From the NCBI GenBank assembly GCA_022605425.2, contig JAKIMF020000004.1, positions 186,001 through 250,000 of the forward strand: a stretch of 64,000 nucleotides of DNA. The letters run 5' to 3'. A program made the translations under genes and the position numbers. The notes under the pieces were generated by a model. The model ran no database searches and was not told the DNA's origin. It worked only from the letters and a program-made list of their open reading frames with translations. This stretch comes from Hamiltosporidium tvaerminnensis FI-OER-3-3. Lineage: Eukaryota; Fungi; Microsporidia. Shown here piece by piece: positions 38,618 through 49,012 of this stretch (position 1 is its first letter; each line of letters starts with the position of its first letter).

Positions 38618-38869
38618 TTATGAAAAACCTGCGCTTGCGCCAGACCACCTCGATCCGAAGGAATTATAATATCCACCTAGGGGATCGTATGGTCGTGCTA
38701 AAGGTTTAGGGCCTAATCCAAACATACTAGTAAACATTTGGCTTCGATTATTTAGAATATCTTCCGAATTTGACATTAAATAATCTTTTTTGCTTATAAT
38801 ACTTTCACCAATGCCCAAAACGAATGTTATATAAACTATGAAACACAATATATTTTTTATTCTGAACAC
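38618..38869 (-). CDS. Small secreted peptide precursor, paralog P5 (83 aa); in-frame start is GTG, possibly a young pseudogene
   Basis: LMSNSEDILNNR|SQMF..FGLGPKPLARPYDPLGGY; the start reads ATGTGTTC, with the ATG out of frame. Confidence 0.7.
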   Translation of the reverse strand: MFRIKNILCFIVYITFVLGIGESIISKKDYLMSNSEDILNNRSQMFTSMFGLGPKPLARPYDPLGGYYNSFGSRWSGASAGFS

Positions 38870-38888
38870 ATTTTGCCTGAATTACTGT

Positions 38889-38926
38889 ATTTATATTATA
38901 CTATGAAACAAATGTTATCCTAGATT
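38889..38926 (-). promoter_or_regulatory. Peptide-family upstream module (P5)
   Basis: atttatat..tgaaac..ttatc.tagatt on the + strand. Confidence 0.6.
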
Positions 38927-40127
38927 TTAATGTCATTAAAATCACGAATTAATTCGAATATGGTCGTTCTATAATGTATTCTTTTAATAGATAATGTATC
39001 TAAATACTTTCTTTTGTATTCGATATGGATATTAAATGGAAAATATATTTATAAATATTTTTTTGTAGTCTAAAATAGTAAAAAAAATCTAATTTTTTAT
39101 AATTTTTTTAAGAAAAACTCTATGAATTAAATTATGAAACACACGCACAACCATTTGAATATCCATCGAAATATGAGCTGTTATAAATTATAGCTATAAA
39201 TAGTCTGAAAATTTTGCCTCCATCTTATATATATTTGGAAAAGTTAGATTCTTACGTTTAGATGTTTTCACAATTCATCATGAAATACTGAGTTTTGTCT
39301 ATAACACTGCATTCAACCCCTAATAGATCGTAATGTAAAATTCAAACAATCATATATCTTTCTCAAAATATTTGTGCTCTTTGGTCCTTTATAGGCCATT
39401 TTTAAAATATTAGACCTTGCAGCAGATCCAGATTTGGAAGCCAAGATTAAATAAAAATATATTTATACAAGATTTTATTTTTTTTTTTCGTATAACACAT
39501 TCTATATTGCTGAATGTTATCATAATTATACATTTATAAACATAATTTGGATAATTTTTAACAGTTTGAAATATTTATGTATGTAAATACCGAACTATTC
39601 CCCATATACTTCCATAGTCTTTTAAATAGCTTTAATTTATAAAGATTGAATTTATTTCTTAGCCTTCTCTAATTGAAGCACCTAGACTGATTAAAAAACA
39701 GTTCATTTTTTTAAAACTTTATAGAGAAAGATCAAATTTCGTATGTAGTGTACCTTTTTTAAAAAAATTATGTTGAAAATTTCGACAGAATATAAACAAT
39801 TATATTAATTTATACTTTATTACTTATTCCACTCATCTTCTACCTCTCGATGTATAGAATGAAAAGATGGAAACCAATATATTCTGTCTCCAATCAATGT
39901 ACTGGTATTTCCTTTATCTATTCTTCTTTGACGAAAATTCGTTTAATGTTTCAAACTATTATGACTTTCACAAATTCCTCTATTTTTCGACAATTTGATT
40001 GCTTTTTATATTCCCTATGCAATATTTTAAATTCCTTACCATTCATTTATTTTCGAGACAGTCCTTTATTGTTCCATTTGTTTCTTCTAATATTTTGTAA
40101 TTCATGATTATAGGTAATGATTCATAA

Positions 40128-40233
40128 ATCCACTGTGGTTTATATCCTACTAAATTTTAACAATAAATTTCAAATTAATTTCACAGACTCATTGCCAACC
40201 ATATGTTTTTAATGTGGTTATTCTCTCTCCACC
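40128..40233 (-). repeat. Isolated family-A head fragment
   Basis: actcattgccaa...ttttaatgtggttattctctctccacc matches 20075-20122. Confidence 0.7.
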
Positions 40234-40551
40234 TAAAGACGACAATAAATGAAAAAAATTACTGTAAAAAAAATTACTGTAAAAAATATTTATTATAGAG
40301 AATATATATTGTGAATATAGAAACTTTTTTAGTAATTGTATTTTTGGTAACAAAGGTGACTTTTAAGAATTAAAGATAAATGTAAAAGATTAAGAGGAGG
40401 TGATGTAAAATAAAGCTTACTGTAAAAAAACCAACCGGATCTTTAAGAATATAACGGTAGTATTTGACCAAGAAATTAAAAAAAATAAATTTCATTTTTT
40501 TTTTAATTCAAGAATTCGGTATTGCCAAAAATATTTTCATAAACCCATATA

Positions 40552-40794
40552 ATGGACAATTTATTGATATTAAAAGATATGTTAGTTAAAAATAGAAATA
40601 AAGAAGATATATTGTGTCAAATAAACATTTGCTATGATATTATTTTATCGAATTATGATTATTATTTTACAACTATATTTATAAAGCTTGTAAAGGAACT
40701 TAAAAACGTTCCTTTTTACAGTTTGGAAATTAAAAAAATTTTGAAAACAATTGATTTTATAATATTTCCCGTAAAAAAGTCACTAATTAAATAA
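40552..40794 (+). CDS. Small hypothetical protein, 80 aa
   Basis: aaaCCCatataATG start context as in the conserved genes of this window; AATAAA ~14 nt after the stop. Confidence 0.55.
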   Translation: MDNLLILKDMLVKNRNKEDILCQINICYDIILSNYDYYFTTIFIKLVKELKNVPFYSLEIKKILKTIDFIIFPVKKSLIK

Positions 40795-41059
40795 TTATTT
40801 TTTTTGCAATAAATGCTCTAATTTTCTATTTTTTTTAAATTCTTTTAGACAAATCCTTCATTTAGAAATCTTAAAATATTTTTACGTCAGAAATAGAGTG
40901 GCTTTTTTTACCAAATGTTTTTCAAGAGGTTGACTACAGAAGTGTTTAACTCCGGGTATAAAAAATATTTTTTATCTAAAATTTCTTTAAAATAAAAAAG
41001 TTTTACTGAAATAATTTTTTTAAATAAAAATTTACCGAAAAATATATTTTATTATTAAT

Positions 41060-41653
41060 TCATTTTATAATATAAAAGAATCCTGAAGGTGTATTATTTT
41101 TATATTCCTTGTAACTAGAATGTCTATCCAGTAAAACACCTTCTTCTTCTTCAAGTTGATGGGCAAATTTATTTTTTAAAACGTACAAAACAACTACTGG
41201 TGAAGTCGTGTTTCCTAGATAGAGAAGTGTTCCTACTAAATGTAAAAATGCAGCAACATAGAAAGGATGACGTGCATGAGCATATAAACCACCGTACAAC
41301 ATTTTATTACATTCAAAAGCCAAAGAATATATTATGTAAAGCATAAGCCCGAAACCAATCAAAAGCAATATTGCCCCAGATTTTTGTATAATATTATATC
41401 TAAATTTTGGTATAAAATATGAGAAAAACAAGTATTCGCTTGCTATATAACCCAACAAAAATTTATATTCGTTAATATCGAAGGGCATTGGCACAAAAAG
41501 TGGATGTTTCTTGATTTTATCGCCATATAGTTGAAAAATAAAGAATAAAAATGCTTCCATTGCAAAAACATGACTCAATGGACTGTGTTTTGAATAAAAT
41601 GCTCCATAACTAAATAAAACACCGAGTGCAAAATAAAATATTTTTTCTCGCAT
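41060..41653 (-). CDS. STE14: Isoprenylcysteine carboxyl methyltransferase (ICMT/STE14)-like membrane methyltransferase
   Basis: Multi-TM; GLY...RHP.Y, EEE..L, Y.EYK..TP.G motifs; CCCC upstream of ATG. Confidence 0.75.
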   Translation of the reverse strand: MREKIFYFALGVLFSYGAFYSKHSPLSHVFAMEAFLFFIFQLYGDKIKKHPLFVPMPFDINEYKFLLGYIASEYLFFSYFIPKFRYNIIQKSGAILLLIGFGLMLYIIYSLAFECNKMLYGGLYAHARHPFYVAAFLHLVGTLLYLGNTTSPVVVLYVLKNKFAHQLEEEEGVLLDRHSSYKEYKNNTPSGFFYIIK

Positions 41654-43589
41654 TCTGGGGCTTTTTATTTTTTGTAACTTGTTTGTTCTAAAATGAAAAA
41701 ATTATATAAATAAAGACTTTTTTCAAATAAATGAAACATATTTCAACCAAAAGACATAAATTGAGAAATAATTGATTCTTTGCAGTGTTGAAATGTAGAA
41801 TTTCAAAACACAGAATTATTGGCAGTGATAGTGAAACGGTTGATCTGTTTTAAACATTATTAACAAACTATATTATCTAAAATGAGATATAAAAATTTTA
41901 AAATATAAATAAGATTAATTGATGTTAAAAAATGTAAATTTTATATCGCTTGAAGTATCTTTAAAGTTTCTATGAGTTAAATAAAGTAAAATTTACATTT
42001 TAAAGAATCTATTCTTAAAATCTTTAGCAATTTATTTAAAAAAATTACAAATCCAAAAAGACTGTAAATATACGTTAAAATGCAAACTTTTAATAAAAAT
42101 TTAAAATAAAGAGGAAAAAAGAAATTGAAAAAATAAAAACTGCAAATAAATAAAGGAATTCAAAAATTATTTGAATTTCAGAAATTTATAATCTAACGGT
42201 TCTAGAAGAAAACGGGAATAAAGGAGGTAAAAATACAGAATAAAAGTTTAATTTTTAAATTTTCAAATCTATATTGGAAGTTCTAAAGGCCAGTGAAAAT
42301 CAAAATATTTTTATGCAAATGAAAAGATTATATGTAATATAAATTTCTTTATAAATTATAAAATTTTTAAACGATATTTAAGCTTTCCGATCAAGTTTGT
42401 GAAAGAATATTATTTATAGATTAATTCATAATCAAATATTTTAAAAAATAGAATTATTTCATTAATTGTTATAATTATAATGAGATATTAATATAAACAT
42501 CTCATATATAATCGAGTGATGTCTAGAACGACGACTCACTTCTAAATTTTAATTATTAAAAAAATAAAAATATTATAATTATAAGTTTAAGGCAAAGGGA
42601 AGCAATCTTGATAGAAGACTGCTAAGTGAAATATGAAATACATGATATAATCATCTTTTATGGTAAAAACTAATTTTGAAGCTAATATAATTGTTGTGGT
42701 AATGGCAGAATTGAAATAAAAAATATCATCTCATATTCCTTATATAAGAATAAAAAATAGATTCTAGGTATATAAATACTATTTGGTACGCCTAAAAACG
42801 AGATCAATTTTATATTCCACAAAAAAATAATATTAATGTGTAGATTATTTCTTTAAGTTTATTAGTAGATCTATAATTTATTGATCTTTTATTTAATGCT
42901 TTGATAAACCCGCCTGGTTTATTACTCGTATATTTTTTTAATATTTTATATGCATTGTACCAACTTTGGGTAAATTTCTAATAAAAAGTCAAATTATTTT
43001 ATATTCAGCATTTTTTCGTCTTCTGATCTAATTGATTTTGTTTTTTTAAAAATTTCGGCTGATTATATTCAGTTTGTTTTGTTAATTTAACATCTATTTT
43101 AGCTCGATCGTTTTTATTTTATGGCATTTATCGGTTTGAGACAACTTTTATATCTGAAAAAACAGTTTTTGTAATCAATATGATTCAATTATCAATTAAA
43201 TACTATAAGAACTTCCTATTAATCTTCATTCAAAGAATTTTGATTTAAGAAGGTATAAAATTCTATGCTAATATTTTCTTCTTACACATTCCAGTTCCCT
43301 TCTACTTCTCGGTGTTGATGGTAAACAGATATAATGGAAATGTAGTCTGTCGTTAGTCAATGTCTCTTGATTTCTTGCGTCTATGCCTCTTTCACCAAAA
43401 GCTAATTTTAAAGAATCAAACCAGTTCAAAATCTAAAAGATTTCTTATTTCACTCCCCTTCAAAAATCTATTGCTTAAATGTTGCATAAGTCATAGTCTG
43501 ATTTACACACCAGGCCAGTGATGGTGGGGATATTCTTTGGTTTTCCTTTATTTGTATCTAAGTTAATTCAAGATGCCATAGGAATGAGT

Positions 43590-43946
43590 CATTCCCTACC
43601 ACACCGGGAGCAGAATTGGTACGAAATATTCTCTGCTTGTTCTAAGACGCGACTAAAAGGAACTGATCCTTCAGGTTGGGGTTGCACGTAGGGCTAACAA
43701 CCTACTTTCATAAACCACCTTGTTACGAAACCCGAAAAAGCAAACAAACCTATTGGAAAAAGATCGGTGGGCTATATTATAGAGAGCGACCAACTCCCTG
43801 CAGGACTTTAGTCTTGAGAAAAGATGTATAGAGGACGATTCTATAGATACAGGATGGTTTATATCCTAGCAAAATGTAACAATGATATTTCTACCATTCA
43901 ACATACTCATTGCCAAGCAAATGGTTTTTTATGTGGTTATACTTCC
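43590..43946. repeat. Composite non-coding repeat (RTE-5'UTR-like motifs plus family-A head), second copy
   Basis: Inverted homologue of 13678-14060; ends actcattgccaagcaaatggttttttatgtggttatacttcc. Confidence 0.7.
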
Positions 43947-44544
43947 TTGAACGTTCATTGTATTTGCCTAAGCAGGATTTTTTATTTGTACATTATTAAG
44001 AATATAAATACCTGTCTCATTGAAAACCCTTAAAATATCAATTATAGTTTAATATTGTTCGTGTATGCTAAGAATTATTAGAAATGAAATCCGAGAAATG
44101 TGTTAAAATTTAATATGCTTTGAAAAGTAAAAAAAATGTTTTTATTTTTTTTAAATAAACTTAATATTCCCGTTTTCTTTTATCTCTCGATTTCAAGGGT
44201 GTACAAAGTGAATTATCCGATTTTATTTCATTAAATCGGTCTAAATCAAGATTATTGAGAATTTGGCTTATATATACTTTGTTATTCTTAATATACTATA
44301 ATCTAGAAAGGTTTTTTAACAATTTTGGTGCGAATAGTTTTGAAGCAAAAAAATAATTCGGAGTTTTTCATGTTCCGCTTCTTCATGGAATTATTGATAT
44401 TGCTAGATTTATAAACAAATCATATTATTCATTTTCTTAATCGTAAAACTATTACCGATGTCTTACATTTTCTGAACTCCTTGAAGATTTTGAGTTAAGT
44501 CATTACTTGGGGGTAATATTACTACATTAATCGATCATCTAGAT

Positions 44545-45289
44545 CAGATATCTTAAAACTACCGCAAACAAGCAGAAGCCGGTCTGAAGACACTTTTCAT
44601 TCGGCCACAGGCCACATTTTTCCCGGCTAAGATTTTTCTAAATAAGGAAATAAAATAAAAAAAATATAGATAAATCTTACAAAAATAATTGCAATTATAG
44701 ATAATTTAGACATGATTTTGTAATACAAGAAAGATTCATAGAATTTTCGCTATTTTTTTACACTAGCAATTATTTTTTTAATATTTTATACTAAAAAATC
44801 AAAATGAAATTACAAAAAAAATATGGAATAATTTTTAATTAATGAGATTATTGTTAATAAAATTTTTTAGTGTTAAATTTACAGGTGAAAATTACCAGTA
44901 ACGACTCCAAGGTTTTTATTTGTTATTTAAATCTGTAAATGTTTTTTGTATATTTCATTTTAGAGAATATTTCAATGCAAAATTAGGTAGAGCCGAAGGC
45001 GAGAAAAACCCCCGAGTAAATTTATACGCGATTAAATTATGTGGCTGGAAGACACATATTAAATTTCAGTAATTTATTTATCTATTTTTATATAGAAATA
45101 CCCTTAATAATCATGTTTATTTTTATGAACATCTATATGAAACTTTAAATATCTGAATTACTAATATTAATAATTAAAATCGCAGAAATATTTATCGGTA
45201 TGGTGGCATAAAAAGTAATGAGTTCTTGGCCCGCATGACTTTTTTTAGAGGTCAATGTGGCTCGCGAATCAAAAAGTTGGAGACCCCTG
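44545..45289. mobile_element. Non-autonomous hAT (Charlie/Buster-type) element
   Basis: Right end reverse complement CAGGGGTCTCCAACTTTTT; decayed left end CAGATATCTTAAAACTA with ggcc/gccac subterminal motifs; left flank ATCTAGAT fits the NTCTAGAN target preference. Confidence 0.65.
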
Positions 45290-45348
45290 AAATAAACAAT
45301 GATATAAATTAAAACCGAAATATTAAATACACGACATAAAGCTTTTTA

Positions 45349-45873
45349 TTAAAATATCGAAGCGATTATTTTACTAATAACACTCATTTGATCTTTTGAT
45401 TCGCCAAATTCTTCAATATTCTTATCGATTTGCTTTTTATGATTCTTAATTTCTTCGAGATTTTTATTTTTATTATTATCCATTGATTTTAAATTCTTTT
45501 TAAAATTTTCTTCGATTTGATTTTTCAGTTCTTCTAATTTTTTATTAATTATTTCTTCTTTATTCTCTTCTTCTGCTAATTTTTCATTTATTTCAATTAC
45601 TTTTCTTTTTAATAATTTTAAAGAATCTTTTCTTTCTTTTAAAACTAATTCAACATCTTTTTTCATTTTCTTTATAATTTTTTTTAATTCTTCTTCTTTA
45701 CTTTGATATAAACTGATTGTTTCTGCATTTTTCTCTTCGTATATTTTATTTAAATCAGACTTAATTTTACTGACAAAAGATACGTTTCTCTTTTTTATTT
45801 CATCAGTTATTTTAAGAAGAGAATCAAAAGTTTCTGTATTTTTATTCTTCTGTTTGTTTAAAGCTATTTTCAT
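45349..45873 (-). CDS. Hypothetical coiled-coil protein, 174 aa (copy 2)
   Basis: 4 aa differences from 17403-17927. Confidence 0.75.
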   Translation of the reverse strand: MKIALNKQKNKNTETFDSLLKITDEIKKRNVSFVSKIKSDLNKIYEEKNAETISLYQSKEEELKKIIKKMKKDVELVLKERKDSLKLLKRKVIEINEKLAEEENKEEIINKKLEELKNQIEENFKKNLKSMDNNKNKNLEEIKNHKKQIDKNIEEFGESKDQMSVISKIIASIF

Positions 45874-46211
45874 GCATTTCTAAGTAAAATATTCTATTTA
45901 TAGAAATATAGAAATTCGATGTTAAAAATTGTTAAAAAGATAGAAAATAACTTTTAAAAGTATTAAAATAAATTTAAATTCATTCAAATTTTTTGATATA
46001 TCTTAAAAGTATCTTTGCAATAAAATTTTCATAAAAAAAATTCTAAACTTTGCAAAATATTTTTGTCAGTAAAATTGAAGGAAAAATAATGGAAAAATAT
46101 TTTACTGAAGATTGAAGCTTGAACTAAAGAATAATTGGTTAAAATATTTTAAATATTTAAAATTAGATCTGGAAAAAGAAATTTAAATAACAAAAACCCC
46201 ATAAAAAAATC

Positions 46212-46493
46212 ATGGAAAAAAAGATAACAATAAAACTAAAAAGATGGATGCCTGTAGCACTTTGGTCTTTGGACATGAAAGTAGAAACATGCGCAATATG
46301 TAGAAATCATATTATGGATACGTGTGTAGAATGCCAAAATGGTAAAACTGCTGCTGATCAAGACTGTGTGGTTGCATGGGGAATGTGTAATCATGCATTT
46401 CATTCTCACTGTATTTCTAGATGGCTTAAATCCAAGCCAATATGTCCTTTAGATACGCAAACTTGGGTTTACAATACTAGTTACGAAAAATAA
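46212..46493 (+). CDS. RBX1: RING-box protein 1, copy 2
   Basis: Protein identical to copy 1. Confidence 0.97.
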   Translation: MEKKITIKLKRWMPVALWSLDMKVETCAICRNHIMDTCVECQNGKTAADQDCVVAWGMCNHAFHSHCISRWLKSKPICPLDTQTWVYNTSYEK

Positions 46494-46568
46494 ATATCTG
46501 TCAAAAGATTTGTCATATAAAAATAAATGTTTTTTAAAAAATGGTTTTTCTTCGATTTTTAAGTCTTT

Positions 46569-48179
46569 TTAAATAATTATTTCCTTTCTTGTTCTGTGTC
46601 TTCTAATGAAATATAAAATAATTAAAATTAAAATTAAAAATGTGATACATATTATAGGAATAGTTATTCCTATAAAATAATATTTCAAACACATTGTTTT
46701 AAAGCTGTAAGTGGATTGATTAGGTATAATATTTTTTGTAGACTCTATAGAATCAGTTTCTTTATCTAGTTGGGGTATTTTTAATGCTAGATAGCCGTTT
46801 TTGTTCCATATAGAATTGGAATTCAAATAATTCCATATTTCAGTTTGTGTGGCATTTGGAAACTTTTCTAAATATATTGCTACTGCTCCGGTTACTATTG
46901 CAGCTGAAAATGAAGTACCCATTAATTTATTTCCTAAATTAGAATTGGAATCAATTTCTTCACCCAGTGCGAATATTCTAATACAACCACCGAAATTACT
47001 AAACTTGGATATGTCTCCATCTTGATTAATAGAACCAACATTTATAACATTTTCACTACTGCCGGGTGAATAATTACATGCTATATCATGATTATTTCCA
47101 GCAGCAGAAACAACAATCACATTGTTTTCTGTAATTTTAGATATTATTCGATTGAAAAGATTTGATTTTGGTCCATTTATACTTAAATATAAAACTGTTG
47201 GTTTCTTTAAATTTTTTGGGATTTTTTCTAAACCCGCAATAATTTCAGATAATTTTACAATACCTGAACAATTTACAACGTTTAAAATTTTTAAATTAGA
47301 ATCTTTAGCAAATCCCATATTCTTACCGCCAATTACCCTTACGACATTTGTTCCATGTGTATTACATAAATCATTTTTAAATAAATTAGAAACTCTTCCT
47401 TTAATTTCATTATCATTAATATCCACTGTTGTGTCTAAAACATAGATTTCTATATTTTTTCCTGTAAAATTATATGTGTAAGATCCAAATAAATAATTGA
47501 ATATTGTATTTATACCAAGTAAATCAAATAATCGATTGTTAATAATATAATTCTTAAATATGGTATTATCTAGATTATTCATAAGAAACATATAAAATGG
47601 TATTTTTGATTGAACTGAATTTATCTTATATTCTAAATCCGGTTCTATTTCTGATACAATACTTAAAGATTTGATTTTCTTTGAAAGATTTGGATTTTTT
47701 GTACAAAAAGTAAATCCGCCGAACAATTTACTATAAGTTTTCGTAGGTTTTATATTATTTGATTTTAAAAAGCTTATTAGCTCTTGATTCTTAGTTATAT
47801 CAGAACTTTTTGTTTTTACAATGTAGCATTTCTCAATTGAATCACCAAAATCATCAGTACAATTCTCTGTATTTAAGATACTCTCCTCTGTGGAATTTTC
47901 TTTGTTTTCTGTGTTTAAGTTACATACTTCTTTGCTATTTTCTGGCAAAGTGGTAACAAGTTTTTCATTTATTATTTTATCGAGGCTCTGAATATTATCG
48001 TCATAATCTATTTTATAATCGTTAATTAATGGTTCTACTCTTATCTCTTTAATAATGGGTTTATGAACATCTAAATCTTGATCGTGTATTGAGGATTTTA
48101 TATCAATATTAGAACTGAAATTTCGAGCTTGGATTTCATAAATTTCAATTAGAATTTGTAAAAAGAACAATAAAATCAT
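46569..48179 (-). CDS. Subtilisin-like S8 protease, copy 2
   Basis: Same catalytic motifs; 8 substitutions and a 2-aa TM insertion relative to copy 1. Confidence 0.93.
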   Translation of the reverse strand: MILLFFLQILIEIYEIQARNFSSNIDIKSSIHDQDLDVHKPIIKEIRVEPLINDYKIDYDDNIQSLDKIINEKLVTTLPENSKEVCNLNTENKENSTEESILNTENCTDDFGDSIEKCYIVKTKSSDITKNQELISFLKSNNIKPTKTYSKLFGGFTFCTKNPNLSKKIKSLSIVSEIEPDLEYKINSVQSKIPFYMFLMNNLDNTIFKNYIINNRLFDLLGINTIFNYLFGSYTYNFTGKNIEIYVLDTTVDINDNEIKGRVSNLFKNDLCNTHGTNVVRVIGGKNMGFAKDSNLKILNVVNCSGIVKLSEIIAGLEKIPKNLKKPTVLYLSINGPKSNLFNRIISKITENNVIVVSAAGNNHDIACNYSPGSSENVINVGSINQDGDISKFSNFGGCIRIFALGEEIDSNSNLGNKLMGTSFSAAIVTGAVAIYLEKFPNATQTEIWNYLNSNSIWNKNGYLALKIPQLDKETDSIESTKNIIPNQSTYSFKTMCLKYYFIGITIPIICITFLILILIILYFIRRHRTRKEIII

Positions 48180-48343
48180 CAAGTGTAAAATTCAGAACAA
48201 ATATAAATTTTTATTGAAACAGTTTTAAATTTTGATAAGAGTAAATAATTATTTGACTATTTAAGGAAATATTAATATAAGCATGTTTTTAATTTGAATT
48301 TGTTTTTTTAAATAAAATTCGAAATAAATTTTATATTAAAAAG

Positions 48344-49012
48344 ATGCTCGGTGTTTACTTTCCTATCTCACTTTTTTTATTAAGTTATATTCTATATTCC
48401 AGTTATTCTAATCATTTTTTGGGACTTGAAAAGATCGAAAATTTAACTATAAATAAGATTGATGCTAAAATAAGTGAATGTAATATTAAAATAAAGTCTG
48501 AGAAATTACTATTGATAGCTGAAGAAAACTCAATGTGGCTATCTATTGAAAGAAACAAATTTATTACAATTGAAAACTCTGGCGAATACAACAAAATATT
48601 CATTTTTAAATTAATTATTTACATCGATAAACTTTTAAAAATTAATAAAAAAATCATTTTTTTGTTAGAATTTTTAAATAAGAAAAGTGAAACCATGAAC
48701 ATTAAAAACTTAATATCGTATTTAGAAAACAATCAGATTTATAATAATGAATATTTAAAAGAAACTAATCAAAATATAAAAAGTATTATAGTTTCTATAA
48801 AAAACTTAAACCTACAATTACTTAACGAATTTACAGAAATAAGTAAAAATGTCAATACACATGATAAAAAAGAATATGACAAGAAACATACTAAAAATTC
48901 TATTTATATAGCGAAGTTGATTAATAAGTTAAGCAGTATTCTTTCATATATAAACTGTTTAACAAATTATGAAAATAATATTGTAATGAACATATATTAT
49001 ATGAATGTATGA
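48344..49012 (+). CDS. Hypothetical 222-aa protein (copy 2)
   Basis: Near-identical to 14272-14940. Confidence 0.7.
   Translation: MLGVYFPISLFLLSYILYSSYSNHFLGLEKIENLTINKIDAKISECNIKIKSEKLLLIAEENSMWLSIERNKFITIENSGEYNKIFIFKLIIYIDKLLKINKKIIFLLEFLNKKSETMNIKNLISYLENNQIYNNEYLKETNQNIKSIIVSIKNLNLQLLNEFTEISKNVNTHDKKEYDKKHTKNSIYIAKLINKLSSILSYINCLTNYENNIVMNIYYMNV

Noticed and set aside
41060-41653. STE14-like gene as a modifier of the neighbouring peptides (a-factor-like pheromone system)
   Set aside because: The peptides end GLP, AFP, FLP or GFS, with no CAAX or C-terminal Cys, and they have signal peptides; adjacency only
44190-44500. Tc1/mariner-like terminus (caagggtgtacaaagtgaattatccg); similar hints at 61990-62600
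   Set aside because: No partner TIR or readable transposase
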